Below are positions 1-11,961 of a stretch of DNA of 64,000 nt, piece after piece. The notes beneath the pieces were generated by a model. That model was not told where the DNA came from. It did not search any database and saw only the letters and a list, made by a program, of their open reading frames with translations. The translations under genes were made by a program, and so were the position numbers. The DNA comes from Vicugna vicugna. Its lineage: Eukaryota. Position 1 is the first letter of the stretch. The number at the start of each line of letters is the position of its first letter. The DNA lies in NCBI GenBank assembly GCA_013265495.1, contig MU058045.1, positions 779,986 to 843,985 on the forward strand, in the 5' to 3' direction.

Positions 1-688
1 ATGCTTACACTATGCTATAGTCTCTTAAGTGTGCAACAGCATTATGTCTAAAAAAAAAACCAATGTACACACCTTAATTAAAAAATAATTTATTGCTAAA
101 AAATGCTAATCATCATCTGAGCCTTCAGCAAGTCTCATCTTGGTGACGTGTCAGCCTTGATGCTGATGGCTGCTGAACGATCAGGGTGCTGGCTGCTGAA
201 GTTTGGGGCGGTTGTGGCAATTTCTTAAAATAAGACCACAGAGATGTTTCCTGCATGGATTGAGTTTTCCTTTCACTCAAACACTTAGAGGCCATTGTAG
301 GGCTATTCACTGGCCTAACTTCAGTATTGTGTGTCTCAGGGAATAGGGAGGCCCGAGGAGAGAGAGAGAGATGGGGGGATGGCCAGTCCGCAGAGCAGTC
401 AGAACACACACATTCATTGACTCCGTTCACCATCTTACACGGGGGCAGTTCATGACGCTCTGAAACAACTACAATAGTGACATTAAAGATCACTTTAACA
501 AGGATAATAATCATGAAAAAGTCGGAAATACTGTGAGAATTACCAAAATGTGACACAGAGACATGAAGCGAGCAAATGCTGCTGGAAAAAATGGCACCGA
601 TAGACTTGCCCAACGCAGGGCTGCCACAAAACCTCAGCTTGTAAAGGATGAAACGCCTGCACATTGCAATAAAGGGAGGTGTGCCTAG
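1..688 (-). mobile_element. Internally deleted Tigger1-family DNA transposon (TcMar), cut by the window start
   Basis: 1-~270 resembles the Tigger1 3' region (SYFKKLPQPPQ..S..TLI.QQPS remnant), joined to the Tigger1 5' region, ending in TIR-like GAGGTGTGCCT at ~677-687. Confidence 0.8.
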
Positions 689-699
689 GCAGTGATTAT

Positions 700-1300
700 A
701 GACAACAAAACTGAACTACAGACATTAAACTTGCTAAGAGACTAGATTGTAATTGTTCCCAACACTAGAAAAATGATAATTATGCGACAGGTCGATGTTA
801 ACCTGCGCTACTGTCGGCAATCCTGCTGCAATACAAATGCAGGAAATCAGTACGCTGTGTACCCTGCACAGCGTCGTATCTCTAATATAACTCAATATTT
901 TAAACTGGGTGCATTTCATTGTACATGATTTATACCTCAAAAAAGTTGATTTAAAAAGCTTTCTTGCTTTTTAGATTTATTTTAGATTATTTTTAGAAAG
1001 AAATCTAAAAATAACAAAATAGCCATCTTTGCTTTAACCATGTAATTTCACTTCAAGGAATTAAGCTTACAGAAAGGATCAGAGCTAAGGACAATGATTT
1101 AAACATAAGAATTTTCAGTGCAGCGTGATAACTGGAAAATTGTACAGTACATAAATATATCCCGAGGAATTGACGAGCTCTTTTTATGAAATATTATACA
1201 ATCATTAAAAATTAAGTTTTATAGAATATTTTAATGACCAGGAGAAAGTCTTATGTTAATACTTAAATTAAAAAAGCAGGATACAAAACTAGAACTTCCA
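700..1300 (+). mobile_element. Old L1 (L1MA/L1M-type) 3' end fragments
   Basis: L1 3'UTR-like text (taagagactagattgtaattgttc..., ttatacctcaaaaaagttgattt) and A-rich remnants. Confidence 0.5.
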
Positions 1301-2554
1301 ATTGTTTGTATATGATCTGAAGCACATCAACATGGTTATTTGGTTCTCTCTAGAGGGTGGAGTTCCAGATTTTTTTTTCACATTTTAGCACTTTCCAATT
1401 TTTTATAGTTACATACGTTTAATTACATCATTAGAAAAGCAAAATATTATGAATAATACCACAGGCAGGATTTCAAAAATGTATGTATTTACTTGCTGTT
1501 AAAACAAAAAGCAGTCCTACTGCCTGTGCAGGCCAGGTGACTTGGGGCTCAGGAAGGATGGGATACCACAAACCCATCCCATATGTGTGTCTGGGCCGGG
1601 GTAACTCACTCCAGCATGTTGGCCCCTTCTAACTTCCTCCCTTTCTGGGTTTGAACCTAACAATCCCTCTTAAAGACCAAACTCCTTTACACAATCTTAG
1701 GTGGCTTGTCCCCAGCCAATTCTCCAGCCCCTTCCCCCAGCCATATCAGCTTTCATGAATTCATCTTATCATTCATTCATTCTGCCCAGCCGGAAAGGCT
1801 TCTTGGCCCTACCCCCTCAGTGACTGACATTTTCAGTCTCAGGGTCTACAATGTATTTGCCCACCCTCCCATGTCCTTTGTTTACCCTTCATCCTTCAAA
1901 ACTCAACTCAGTGGTTACCTCTCCTGCCCTGCCTCCTCACGCCACCTCCCCTCCTGCTAGAAGTGCCCTGTATCTTTATGTTGTAGCACTTGTTATCAGT
2001 TCTAATCATACACCCCTGGGATTATTTCACTGACATCCACCTCTCCTGCTGGACTGTCGGCTTCTGGAGAGGAGCCCCAGGATCAGGAGTTATGCCTATC
2101 ACCCCACATGTATTCCATGCTCCCTGTACAGAGTCTGGACACTCCATATCCGTTGAATGAATAAGTGTCTCCTCATCTATGAAATAAGAAGAGCCCACCT
2201 AGACTTCAACCAGCAAGGTTTAAAAGCCCAGATTCTGGAATCCTTCTCCACTCTCTCCAAGGCTGCCTTCCTGAAGTCGCAGCAAACCCTGGGTTATATC
2301 ACCTTTATCAATGTATTAACAACCTGATTATCCTTCAGTTCTCCAAGGCTCACAGGGAGCTTCTTGGCCCTTTGAGAGCAGGCAATAGATAGGAAATCCT
2401 GGTGAGTCAAGGAAAGTGATTACTAATTTGATAGACATTTCAAGCTCCTCTTGCCTCTCCCATTGCTGCAGTAACTGGATGAGAATGCATCAAGCAAGAG
2501 AAAAGGTACACAAAGATTACCTCCCTGCCTCCTCTAGGTCTCTGCAGGTGAGGA

Positions 2555-2710
2555 CATATAATTAACTCATTTGATGCTCACAACAACCCTATAATAAGGT
2601 AGGTACCACTAGAGTCCCATTTGACAGATGAGGAACATTGAGGCACAGTTGAGCTTTTAGTAACTTGTTCAGGGTCACAAAGAACTTGCTCTTAACCACT
2701 GCTTCTCACA
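2555..2710 (+). mobile_element. MIR SINE
   Basis: MIR core: ctcacaacaaccctat...cccatttgacagatgaggaa..tgaggcac...aacttgttcagggtcaca. Confidence 0.75.
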
Positions 2711-3284
2711 TTTAAAAAGCAAATGATGCCAAAGGAGGTATTACTGACACCCATTTGACCCACTGACTCCTGCAGGAGAGGGCTTCACTGGTCGAAGCAG
2801 GGGAGAGGACGGTGAGGGTTGGCATCCTTTAGGGTCACATGGCAAGGATTGCTTTCTCAGGCTGAAACTCAAGAGCGGTGATGCTTGTGGAATGAACACT
2901 GACAAGTTCCGCCTCCCCCAAGAACAACAGTCCCTAGTCTGTGGGGAGCCTCAGCTCTCTGCCCAGAGCTGTGGTTTTTTAGCAGGAAGCCAGCCATGTG
3001 CATCAATTATCAGGACCCTTTAATCCAACCGGGACCCCAAACAAATACCCTGCTTTAATCCTGGGTGAGGTGATACACATAACTCCCAAAGCCTCATGAT
3101 CCTGCAGCATCCCCGCTAAGCAGACCGTAACCGCGGGGACAATGGATACAAACCCACGCTAACGCATCCTAGACGATTTAATTCACACTGAACCAAAGGA
3201 TAGCACCTCCGGTACGGCACACGCACTGCCTCCCCTCCAGCACTCAGCGCAGTTCTTGGCGCGCAGGGTCTTAGCTTCCAGTGG

Positions 3285-3612
3285 GCTTAGAATAAAATGC
3301 TAACTCCTTACCATTGCCTCCGAGACCTTACATGGTCTGGCCAACCTCACATAGGCCCCTCTCTACTCTGGTGGGCAACAACCACCCTCGTTTTCTTTCA
3401 TGCCTCCAGTTCTCAACTCCTTCAGGCCTCTGGCCTTTCTATGTGCTGTTCCCTCTCCCTGGATTATTCCTAGATCTTGGCCTAGCTGCGTCCTCGTCAT
3501 TCATCTCCTCCCTCCGAGGTCTTGGCCTTCGAAGTCGGACTCCCCCCAGCGCATGCCTCTAGACTGGTAACTCTATCCCTAACGTTAGAATCCTTCAACG
3601 AATGTTTGTTGA
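3285..3612 (+). mobile_element. L2 LINE 3' fragment
   Basis: cttagaataaaat..taactccttacc..gcct..gagaccttacatggtctggcc ... ending in aatgtttgttgaa. Confidence 0.6.
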
Positions 3613-3874
3613 ACGCAAAAGAAAAAAAGGGTTGAATACACTCCAATCTACCAGCTCCCTGCACTCACCCCCACCCCTCAAAAAAATGCCTGTAAGTTAA
3701 TTCAAAAGAAAACATTCGCAAGCAATAACATACTAATCAACTCAAAACAAAAGCGACTATCCGGAGCTGAACTGGTAAATGCCACCTAAAGAAGTCCCCA
3801 GGAACACCCTTTCCTGATGGCGCAAGCACTTCTCCAGAAGGGCCGGGACTCGGCGGCCGCCGAGCGCTGCCTAC

Positions 3875-4399
3875 CTTGAACTCCGCGGAAAGTTGAGGCG
3901 TGTATTCGCGGGTCCAGAGCGCGCGCACCAGCGCCGCCAGCTGCTCGGTGACCTCGGCGCGGCCGGGCGCCGCCCGGTAGCGCCCCAGCGCCAGGAACTC
4001 GGCCAGCAGGTCGGTGTTGCTGAGACATTGCACCACGGCGTTCATGAAACAGGTGTTGCCGTGGTTCTTCAAGCCCTGCGCTCCCGGGGGCCGCGCCCCG
4101 TCGCCGGCGGGGAGCTGGGGCTGGGGTCTGGGCGGGCGCTCCTCCCCGGGGCTTCCGGGCGCGGCTGGATCCGGACCCGGGACGCCGGCAAAGCCCCCCT
4201 CCCCGTCGCCATCGCCAGGTTCCGGCTGGGGCTGGGGCTGGGGCTGGGGCCGGGGCCGGGGCGGCGAGTCCCCGGGGCGGGAGCGGCTGCCCAGTGCCAG
4301 CAGGAAGCGGCTGAACAGGCGGCGCAGGGAGCGGCGGCGGCGGCGGGGTCGGGGCGCGGGCGGCCCCTCTCCGGCCGCGGCCCCCGCGCCCGGGTCCAT
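3875..4399 (-). CDS. USP43: Ubiquitin carboxyl-terminal hydrolase 43, first coding exon (175 codons; gene continues beyond the left edge)
   Basis: ATG at 4399 (GCC-ATG-G) gives MDPGAGAAAG...RRRRSLRRLFSRFLLALGSRSRPGDSPP...GLKNHGNTCFMNAVVQCLSNT (USP Cys box)...TPQLSAEFK, then donor AAG|GTAGGC at 3874. 525 nt, phase 0. Position next to CFAP52/STX8 matches known synteny. Confidence 0.95.
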
Positions 4400-4581
4400 G
4401 GCTCCCGCCGGCGCCCCTCCAGGAGCGGAGCCCCCAGACCCCGGACTCGGGGCCGACGAACCGCTAACAGGCTCTTCCAAGCTCGGAAAGGCGCCCGGGC
4501 GCCGGCTACCTGCGGGCCAGGTGTGCCGGGACCGGGCGGAGGCGGAGCCAAGGGCGGAGCCGCCCCGCCCCGCGCGGGAAT

Positions 4582-4618
4582 NNNNNNNNNNNNNNNNNNN
4601 NNNNNNNNNNNNNNNNNN
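4582..4618. other. Assembly gap (37 N) in the USP43 5' region
   Basis: Run of N. Confidence 1.
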
Positions 4619-6410
4619 CGCCCCCACCCCCGCCGGGCCCCACCCCCGCCGGGCCCCGCCCCCGCGGCGCGGACCCGGAATAAAAGCGCTGGAGGGCGGC
4701 GTTCGGCCTCCCTCCCCGCTCCCTTACCTCTTACAAGCCTACCGACCTGAATTTAACCTCTGCTCCTGTTCACCTCCCAGCCTTCAAGCTGTGAAAATAA
4801 TGACTTAATATGAACGCCCTGGCGTGAACTGCAGAGCCCTGGCGATTTCCAGGTTTCCTGTAATTACGTCCAGGTGAATGTGAAGAGAATGGAAAGGCAG
4901 ACTCCCCAAGGGGTAGCCTCGGGCGCTGTGCACAGACGCGCACTGGGAGCCGCGAAAGGATGGGGAGCACTTTTGTGCACGGCTGTTTCCTCCGCAGGCT
5001 CAGGTGTGTGTGGCGCCACCGCCTTCTAGCTCGTCTGCCTCGCAGGGGAGGTAGAGCCTTTCCCGGGACCCGCCGTCCTGGGACCTTCAGAACCGGGAGC
5101 CGCATGCTGCCCCGTGATGGTTGCGGTCTGCTTGCTTAAATTACAGGCTAGGTTAAAGAGTTTACCCAAACCTTCAAGTGAGACTTGATCGTCCTCCTTT
5201 TAGTTGGAGAAACGGGTTGAGAGGTTAACGCAATGGGCTGAGGTCACAGACCCGTAAGCAGAGAAACCGGAACTGTAGACTGCCAGCCGCATAGCCTGAC
5301 TCTTTCCAAGCTCAGAATTTGCTTACCAGGAAGTTTTCCGGCTCCCGGGCGCGCCCCCTACGAGGTCCTGTGTTCACTTCTTAACGCAAAATCCTGGCTG
5401 AATTGTTGGCTGTGTAAGAATTGGCTTTGCCAATTCTGAATTGTTGGCTTTGTAAGAATTGTCCCGCCCTTGATTCCCTGGGTAATTCTGGGGGCCTTGC
5501 TCACTTTATCCTATAACTGTCAGGTTTATAATTAATCAGGCAAAGTCTTGCAAAGTGAATTTCTCAATTTCTAGCTCAACAAGAGATCAGCAGGATGCAT
5601 TATTACATCAAAACCCTGAAATGATTCTTATTATTTGATGAATAGCTCATCATCATTTATTAAATATCACCTTGATATGTTAAATAGGGCAGCAGCAAGT
5701 TACCTGAGTCAGAAAAGAAGCATTTATTAAAGGGTAAAGATTATGCTCAGAACAAATGACTGTATTGTGCAATTGAAGACTCAAAGTGTTTCTCGAAAAC
5801 GCCATTATTTACCCTCTCTGGAAAAGGATACCTGGTTGGATGATAAACACACAAGGTCTATTCCTTCGCCCTTCTAATGGTAAGCAGACGAGAAAGATAG
5901 TATGGCCAACTCCAGAAAAGCACCTGTGAAATTTCACCTGTGATAATTACCCCAAAGATCCCCAACACGCGTTTTCTTTGAGGAAAGCACCATCATTCGT
6001 GCTTAACTTTCTACTCTGTGTCAGGATTTCTGCTGATGGTTTAATACATTATTTCACTTAATTCTCACAAGAATTTTTTGAGCAGGTAGCCTTGCTTTAC
6101 AGAAGAGAAAACAGAATAACAGAAAGCTGATGCAAAACAAGACAAAAACCCTAACCAAGATCTGGATTCAAACCCAGGTCTCGCCCCAGCCAGCTTGACC
6201 AATGAAATGATGATTAAGAAGGTAAATTCACCTTCCTTATTTTTAGAGAAAAACAGCAAAGCTTATTAGTGCACAAACTAGGAGGAAGGACTGTGGGTTT
6301 TGCAGAGTCATAGACTCGAAAGGATGACAGGGAATTTACTCATCATTAAAAAAAAAGAAGAAAAACTTTAAATTACAGTCTGGACTAATTATTCTTGAAC
6401 ACATTTCAAT

Positions 6411-6416
6411 TTTAAT
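6411..6416 (-). terminator. Candidate CFAP52 polyadenylation signal (ATTAAA); AATAAA alternatives at 5723-5728 and 5656-5661
   Basis: Poly(A) hexamer ~180 nt after the stop on the minus strand, with T-rich sequence downstream. No transcript evidence. Confidence 0.45.
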
Positions 6417-6596
6417 ATATAATTTAAGAATGTAAAATGCATCCTATAAGGAAAGGAGAAACTTGTAGGTAAAATATTTTGACCAAAGAACAAAAACACA
6501 GATGTGAGATACCAAGACTAATCCTGGAGTCATTGAAGCTCAGCCCTCACTCAGCAGGACCGTGTGTGATTCTTGTGAATCCAGGTCTCCGCGGCT

Positions 6597-6772
6597 TCAC
6601 GAGGGAAACGGATACTTCCATCTCAAAATGGCCCCATCGGCACTCACACTAACGATATACTGGTTTCCTGGACTTATCCGAACGCGGGTGATGTTGCCGC
6701 TGTGCCCCACCCCGACGTGGGTCACTTCACCCTCATTGTAATCCCAGACTTTGACCAGATGGTCACTTCCAC
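6597..6772 (-). CDS. CFAP52: CFAP52 last coding exon 14 (GSDHLVKVWDYNEGEVTHVGVGHSGNITRVRISPGNQYIVSVSADGAILRWKYPFPS*)
   Basis: Acceptor CTTCAG|GT; TGA at 6599-6597; 176 nt. Confidence 0.96.
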
Positions 6773-7580
6773 CTGAAGAAGACAGACAGTTATATGGCAT
6801 TGCTGTGATAGGACAGAGAGAAGCACTCCTGATTTTAAATAACTGGATCATTTCCAGTACATTCCCCAGGTGACAACTTAAAGGAAAGAAAAACCTATCT
6901 TTATAATAACTCTGTTCCTTGATTATAAAAATCTAGGTCTGTTGTAGTAAATTTGGGGGAAAAAATACAAAGAGGTAACATCACCCTTGATCCCACCAGT
7001 TTAATTTCTTCCAGTGTTTAATTTCTTCCAGTCTCTTTTCTGTAAGTTACACAGACACGTATCTGTATATGTGATTGGGATCATACTGTGTTTAATTTTA
7101 TATCATGCTTTAAGTAAATATAATTGTGAAGATTTAATTGATTTGGAACACTAATTTGTTAATGTCCTGAAGAGTCCAAGAGGCTGGCAAGAAATGAGAC
7201 TGATGCTGTTCCAACAGGCGCGTTGTGTGGGAAATACTGATTTAAGAGCCTGGCTTTTAAGGGTTTGGCACAAAACAGCAGGGCAAGGCAGGCCAGACAG
7301 CCTAGACCATTCAAAGGTCCATTTCTACCATCGCTGCCCACCACAAAAAAGTAAACAGTGGGAGCTTAGCTTTTGTTTGTGCCCTTAAAGCTTGCGGGCA
7401 AACATTTCCTCTCATTGAAACGTGACTTCTGGATTTTTCTTTCCGAGCCACGCCGGCTACAGTGGTGAATCTAACCTTTATACTCTTCTGTGGTCACTTC
7501 CAATTGCCTCCCGCCTGGGGGTTCCATGTTCCCATTGAGATAAGCTGGGCTTGGCTTTCTTCGCTAATCCCAGGACTAAC

Positions 7581-7692
7581 CTGTGACAAAGTGTACTCCT
7601 TCCGATGTGATATCCATGCCATTGATTGACCCGGACAAGGAACCGTCCAGCTCTCTGATTACTGACCCATCAAATACTTCCCAGTAAGCAAT
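7581..7692 (-). CDS. CFAP52: CFAP52 exon 13 (IAYWEVFDGSVIRELDGSLSGSINGMDITSEGVHFVT/G)
   Basis: Acceptor TTCCAG|ATT; donor CAG|GTTAGT; 112 nt. Confidence 0.96.
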
Positions 7693-10012
7693 CTGGAATT
7701 CAAGAAAGACGCATTAGGCAGGATTTAGCTCAGTGGAATCATCCACACACAGTGCTAACAAAAGAAGGTTCCACTTTATATAGCAGGCAGCAAAAATACA
7801 CCCTGCGATGATATAGCTGCTGAAATTATAAATAGGCTCAAGCAGGGGGGTGGAGAAACCATTCTAATATTTTTAGGAGTGGTTTTTAAATTTGCATTCT
7901 ATTTAAAGAGATGTTGATGTGCTGGTGAACCTGGATTGAGACGGAAAGCGCTTTGGGTTCGACTGAGCAGACTGAGCCTGAAGCAAGAGGCCAAAGAAAG
8001 AAGAAAAGGGCCACTGCAGGCACTTCCCCACTTGTGCCCTTGACGGAGGAGGGAGAGCGAAGCTGGAGGCCTGGCGGGAGGGGAAGGCACGTCCTTCCTT
8101 CCTGCAGCTTGGGGGATGAATGAGCAGGCCGGACAGTTCTGGAGCCTGGGCCTTACAAAGTCACCTCTCACTGGGGCTGGCCCTCCCTCTTCCTCACGCT
8201 GCCTTTATTTCCAACCTTCTCTTCTGCCTCAAAGCAAGAGAACATTCCGCAGGGCCTGGTTTAAACAGAAACCGATAAGATCCCACCGCCGCCCACCCCA
8301 GGGAACTAGGTTAGGGTAGAAAGAAAACAGGGGCTCAAGGAAGGAAGATTTTTCTCTGAATATACTGCTTTGAACTTTGAACCTTGTAAATGTACAACCT
8401 AGTCAAAAATAACCTTTCTTTCTTTCTTTCTAAACAAAGAGCACTTAGCTAAGAATGGAGAGTGGGGATTTGCGTATACATTTCACCCAGAACGTTCTCT
8501 TTGTTTCATGTTGATGGACACTTGCTGGTGGGGGGGCTGGGGGAGAAGAATTTTGTTGTGTTGCAGTCATTATGCCAGGAATCTGCATTCCTTTGAATTT
8601 AGCTGGAAACTGTGTCTGCTACTTAAAATTTTTCTTTTAATTTTTTTTCTTTTGCTTTATAATTTCTATTGATGCTTGATCATAACTTTTACAATAAAGA
8701 TCTGTTTTCACAGTCAAAACATAAAGCAGTATACGAGCATGCCAGAACCCTAGTTTCCCAGGAATCACATCTATGTAAGTCGTCGGTGCCTAACTACCAG
8801 TTTGGCAGATTTATGATTTAGGGTTTGAATATTCTGGTCAAAATTCTAGGAAGAGGGAACTAGACTATTTCAAGTCTCATAAGCTGAAATCTAGAATATG
8901 GTGGATATCACCCTAATTTAGAAAGAATATGAAAGCTCTTATAGTGACGCTGTGATGAACTTCCTAACATGCACTCCACCCCAGTTCTAAGAGGAAGCCC
9001 GCTTAGACCGCAAGTCAAACATGGGCTGAGGGATGAGCAGGCTTGGGCCCCCTCGGGAGGATTAGACACAAAGAAACTAACAACTGACAGAGACAAGGAT
9101 GGAGGCGGATCTCCAGGCCCTCCCAGGACACTCTGTCTGCGGCAGGCAAATCCTGGTTGGACCAGGCAGCATTCCTTGGGTTTTTATGACAAACCGTCTT
9201 CAGGCAGTAGTTCCTAATCACCTGGGAAGCTTACACAGGAAAAGCCCCACTCCTGGATTCTAATCTGGGGGTGGGGATGATGTAGGAGGTAGGAGGACTG
9301 TAGGGGGGAGTCGCCTTTAGTATTTTTCCCACAATATTTTTATACCTTTAACACCATTAACTTTTCTTGTAGCTGGCAAAAAACCTCTTAAGTTATCTCA
9401 AAGTCATCTCAATGTCTAAATGCGGAGAATCCAAATCCAGTAACGGATGTGCAGGTAACCAGGCCACGATCTGGGTGGAAGATACCCCAGCTTCTTTGCC
9501 CCTCCACGTACCTCTCTACTGAAGCCTCTGGCTTGCTCTGAGGGGGTAAGTGTTCCCCCAAAAGGAAAAACCAATTTCACCCTGGACTCCCCAGCTGAAG
9601 AGATTTTTTAATATATTGATAAAGTGGGGTGACGAGAGATGAGCTCTACTGTCATTTGATTGGAATTCAAAGTGACAGCTTTGGGTTTGGGCACTGAGAT
9701 TCTGTTCCAGCCTTAGAAATGTCCTCATAATCAAAACCAATACTTACTGAGTGTCCGCTGCGTGCTGGGCCCCCGGCTGTGAGCATTATATTCGAACATG
9801 ACTTTAATCCTCACAGCAACGCCAGGACATCAGCAGTATCATCCCTTCCCTTTCACAGACGAGGAAGCAAAGTCACCCAAAGAAGTTACGCAGAGTTTCC
9901 AAACGGAGCGGTGGACCCACAGCAAAGCCATCAGTTGAAGTAGCGGGGCTGCACCCTTAGCCTCCACCCTTCACTGCTTTTCTCTTGTCCCAGAAAGCTC
10001 TGGACTCTTTAC

Positions 10013-10115
10013 CTTCCTGTCTGTCCCACTGGTGATGATCTGGAACTCTTCAGGGTGGTAACAAACACACTGGAATAAAGTGTTGGCCAGGATCATCTGA
10101 TTCCTCCTCAGATGC
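10013..10115 (-). CDS. CFAP52: CFAP52 exon 12 (HLRRNQMILANTLFQCVCYHPEEFQIITSGTDRK)
   Basis: Acceptor TTTCAG|G; donor AAG|GTAAAG; 103 nt. Confidence 0.96.
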
Positions 10116-10960
10116 CTGAAAAATAGATTCCAGAGCTGTGAAACACGACTTTCTCTTCCTTAGAAAATTTGTTTATTATTCACACTGGACTTGATAAAGC
10201 TTGGCTTTGGGTTGGTTGAATTATCCCCAAACTGACTTCCCGTTGCTCTGCCCACTCCACTCCACAACCTCCCATCCCGACCACGGGGAGCGGCAGCAGT
10301 CAGGAGTGCTGGGTGGAGCCCTTTTCTAAAGACACGGCGCAGAATTCAATGCGAAGCCTCAAGCCCTGGTGGGAAGGAAGTAAGAGGCTGAACTCAGGGT
10401 CACCATGCAGCCTTCCACACACGGGACTTCATTCCCGAGGCCACCATTCGAAAGCGAAGGTCCCTAGAAGCTGGGCAGGAAAGCGTGGGGCAGGGCTTTT
10501 GAAAAATGAGTGTTGCTGAGCCTCACCCTCTAGCGACTAGGATCCGGTAGGTGAGGATGAGGCCAACAAATCTGCATTTTTAATCAGCATCCCAGGTGAT
10601 CCTCCTGTGCACAGCGGGTTAAGAACCACCACTTTGGGGACCATACCAAGAAATCCGTAAATATCGCTTCTCCTTCCATTGACTGTGTGGCCCCGTGGCC
10701 ATCTCACAGGCCAGGCTCTATGGCTCAAAAATGCACCTTCTAAACAGTCTCTTCTCGTGATGAAAGTTTTCAAACATGGCCTCTGAGCTGAGCATTTTAA
10801 AAGACTTTGGCACAAATTAACCAAATGTTCCTGCTAGGCAACGGGGAGGATTTAAGGATTTGAGGTGGTCACAGACCATCCATAGAAACAAGTTCAGACC
10901 TACCCTTCTGGTTATATAATGTCCCGATGGAAAGTTCAAGTGTGGTCCACGGACCAGCAC

Positions 10961-10991
10961 GGTGGTGGTGGTGGTGGTGGTGGTGGTGGTG
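10961..10991. repeat. (GGT)n microsatellite inside a MER5-type hAT element (~10930-11100)
   Basis: About 10 GGT units; flanks caagtgtggtcc...gaccagca / cctggaagcttgttagaaatgcagaatctcagg. Confidence 0.8.
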
Positions 10992-11961
10992 GCCTGGAAG
11001 CTTGTTAGAAATGCAGAATCTCAGGCAATGCTCTGACTGTAGAATCAAAATCTACATTTTTAACAAGATCTCCAAGTGATTCGTATGCATAGCAAAGTTA
11101 TAGACACGCAGGGCCAGAAGACAAAGGCTTGCTTTGGTTTTTTTAATGTATTAAATAAAAAGCATTCTGCCTTTGCCTTTAATTCCATTATCTTCCCTCT
11201 AATCAAGAACGTTTCTTATTCTTTTGCAATATCACTATATAGCATATCTATTTATCTGTCTGTCAATCTATCTTTTCTCCCATCCCTGTACTTCGTCAAG
11301 TCTCTCTAGTGCAGTTATATACAGAAGTGAGGCATCTTAGAGGGGTGCTCAGCTGGGAGAGGGGTTGGAAGAATAGGGTTTAATTCTAAATAAAAGACAC
11401 AAGGCAAACGTGTATAGTCAAAAAAAAAAAGCATCCTTGAAAACCCTGTGATTTATTCCAACAGTAAAGTTCACATGCTGTGGTCCAGTTGGCTTGGAGA
11501 CAGTCACTGTACGAGGGTAACGATACGTTCACAGGATACGAGGTCCCTGAGAATGTGGCACACTGTCGTCACTCCCACCCCCAAGGCACGCTCATCCTGG
11601 GCTTGACTGGACTCTGGGGAGTGACCAGAGGAACTCCTTGCGTTACCTACGTTGTTTCCTTTCTCCCCTTTTGGCAGAGTTTTTAGAGTTGCATTAGTGT
11701 AAGTTAAACCATGCTTCGCTCTGTGTATCCGGAAAGCTACTTCCCTATCTGTCCAGAAACTTCTAACATCCAGCTTTTCCTGGAAACTACACCCTTTCTG
11801 CCAGTATCTGTAAGTCCTGAACAATCTGGAGATGAATGGCTTCTAAACACCCCTTCACTGTTGCTCCAAGTAAGATGTCCACCGTTTGTTTGAGTCTTCC
11901 CCTAGGTTCAGTAAAACAGTGGAATTGTTGAGCTGCGCCCTCCCCCATCGCCGGTACCTAC

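Larger units (their letters stand above)
3800..5370 (-). promoter_or_regulatory. CpG island / promoter of USP43
   Basis: Very GC- and CpG-rich. GC boxes (CCGCCCCGCCCC ~4560-4571, CCCCGCCCC ~4654-4663) lie upstream of the ATG. Confidence 0.8.

Noticed and set aside
125..664. 179-aa minus-strand ORF
   Set aside because: Lies entirely within the deleted Tigger1 element; only a short transposase C-terminal remnant.
4400..4627. In-frame N-terminal extension of USP43 in the ORF track
   Set aside because: Starts at a GTG across the N gap; the ATG at 4399 has good Kozak context and matches the known N-terminus.
3893..4808. Long + strand ORFs (285 aa, 264 aa) antisense to USP43 exon 1
   Set aside because: Expected stop-codon depletion in a very GC-rich island; low-complexity products that also span an N gap.
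5421..5433. NFI site (TTGGC-TTT-GCCAA)
   Set aside because: Spacer is 3 nt; NFI needs TTGGC-N5-GCCAA.
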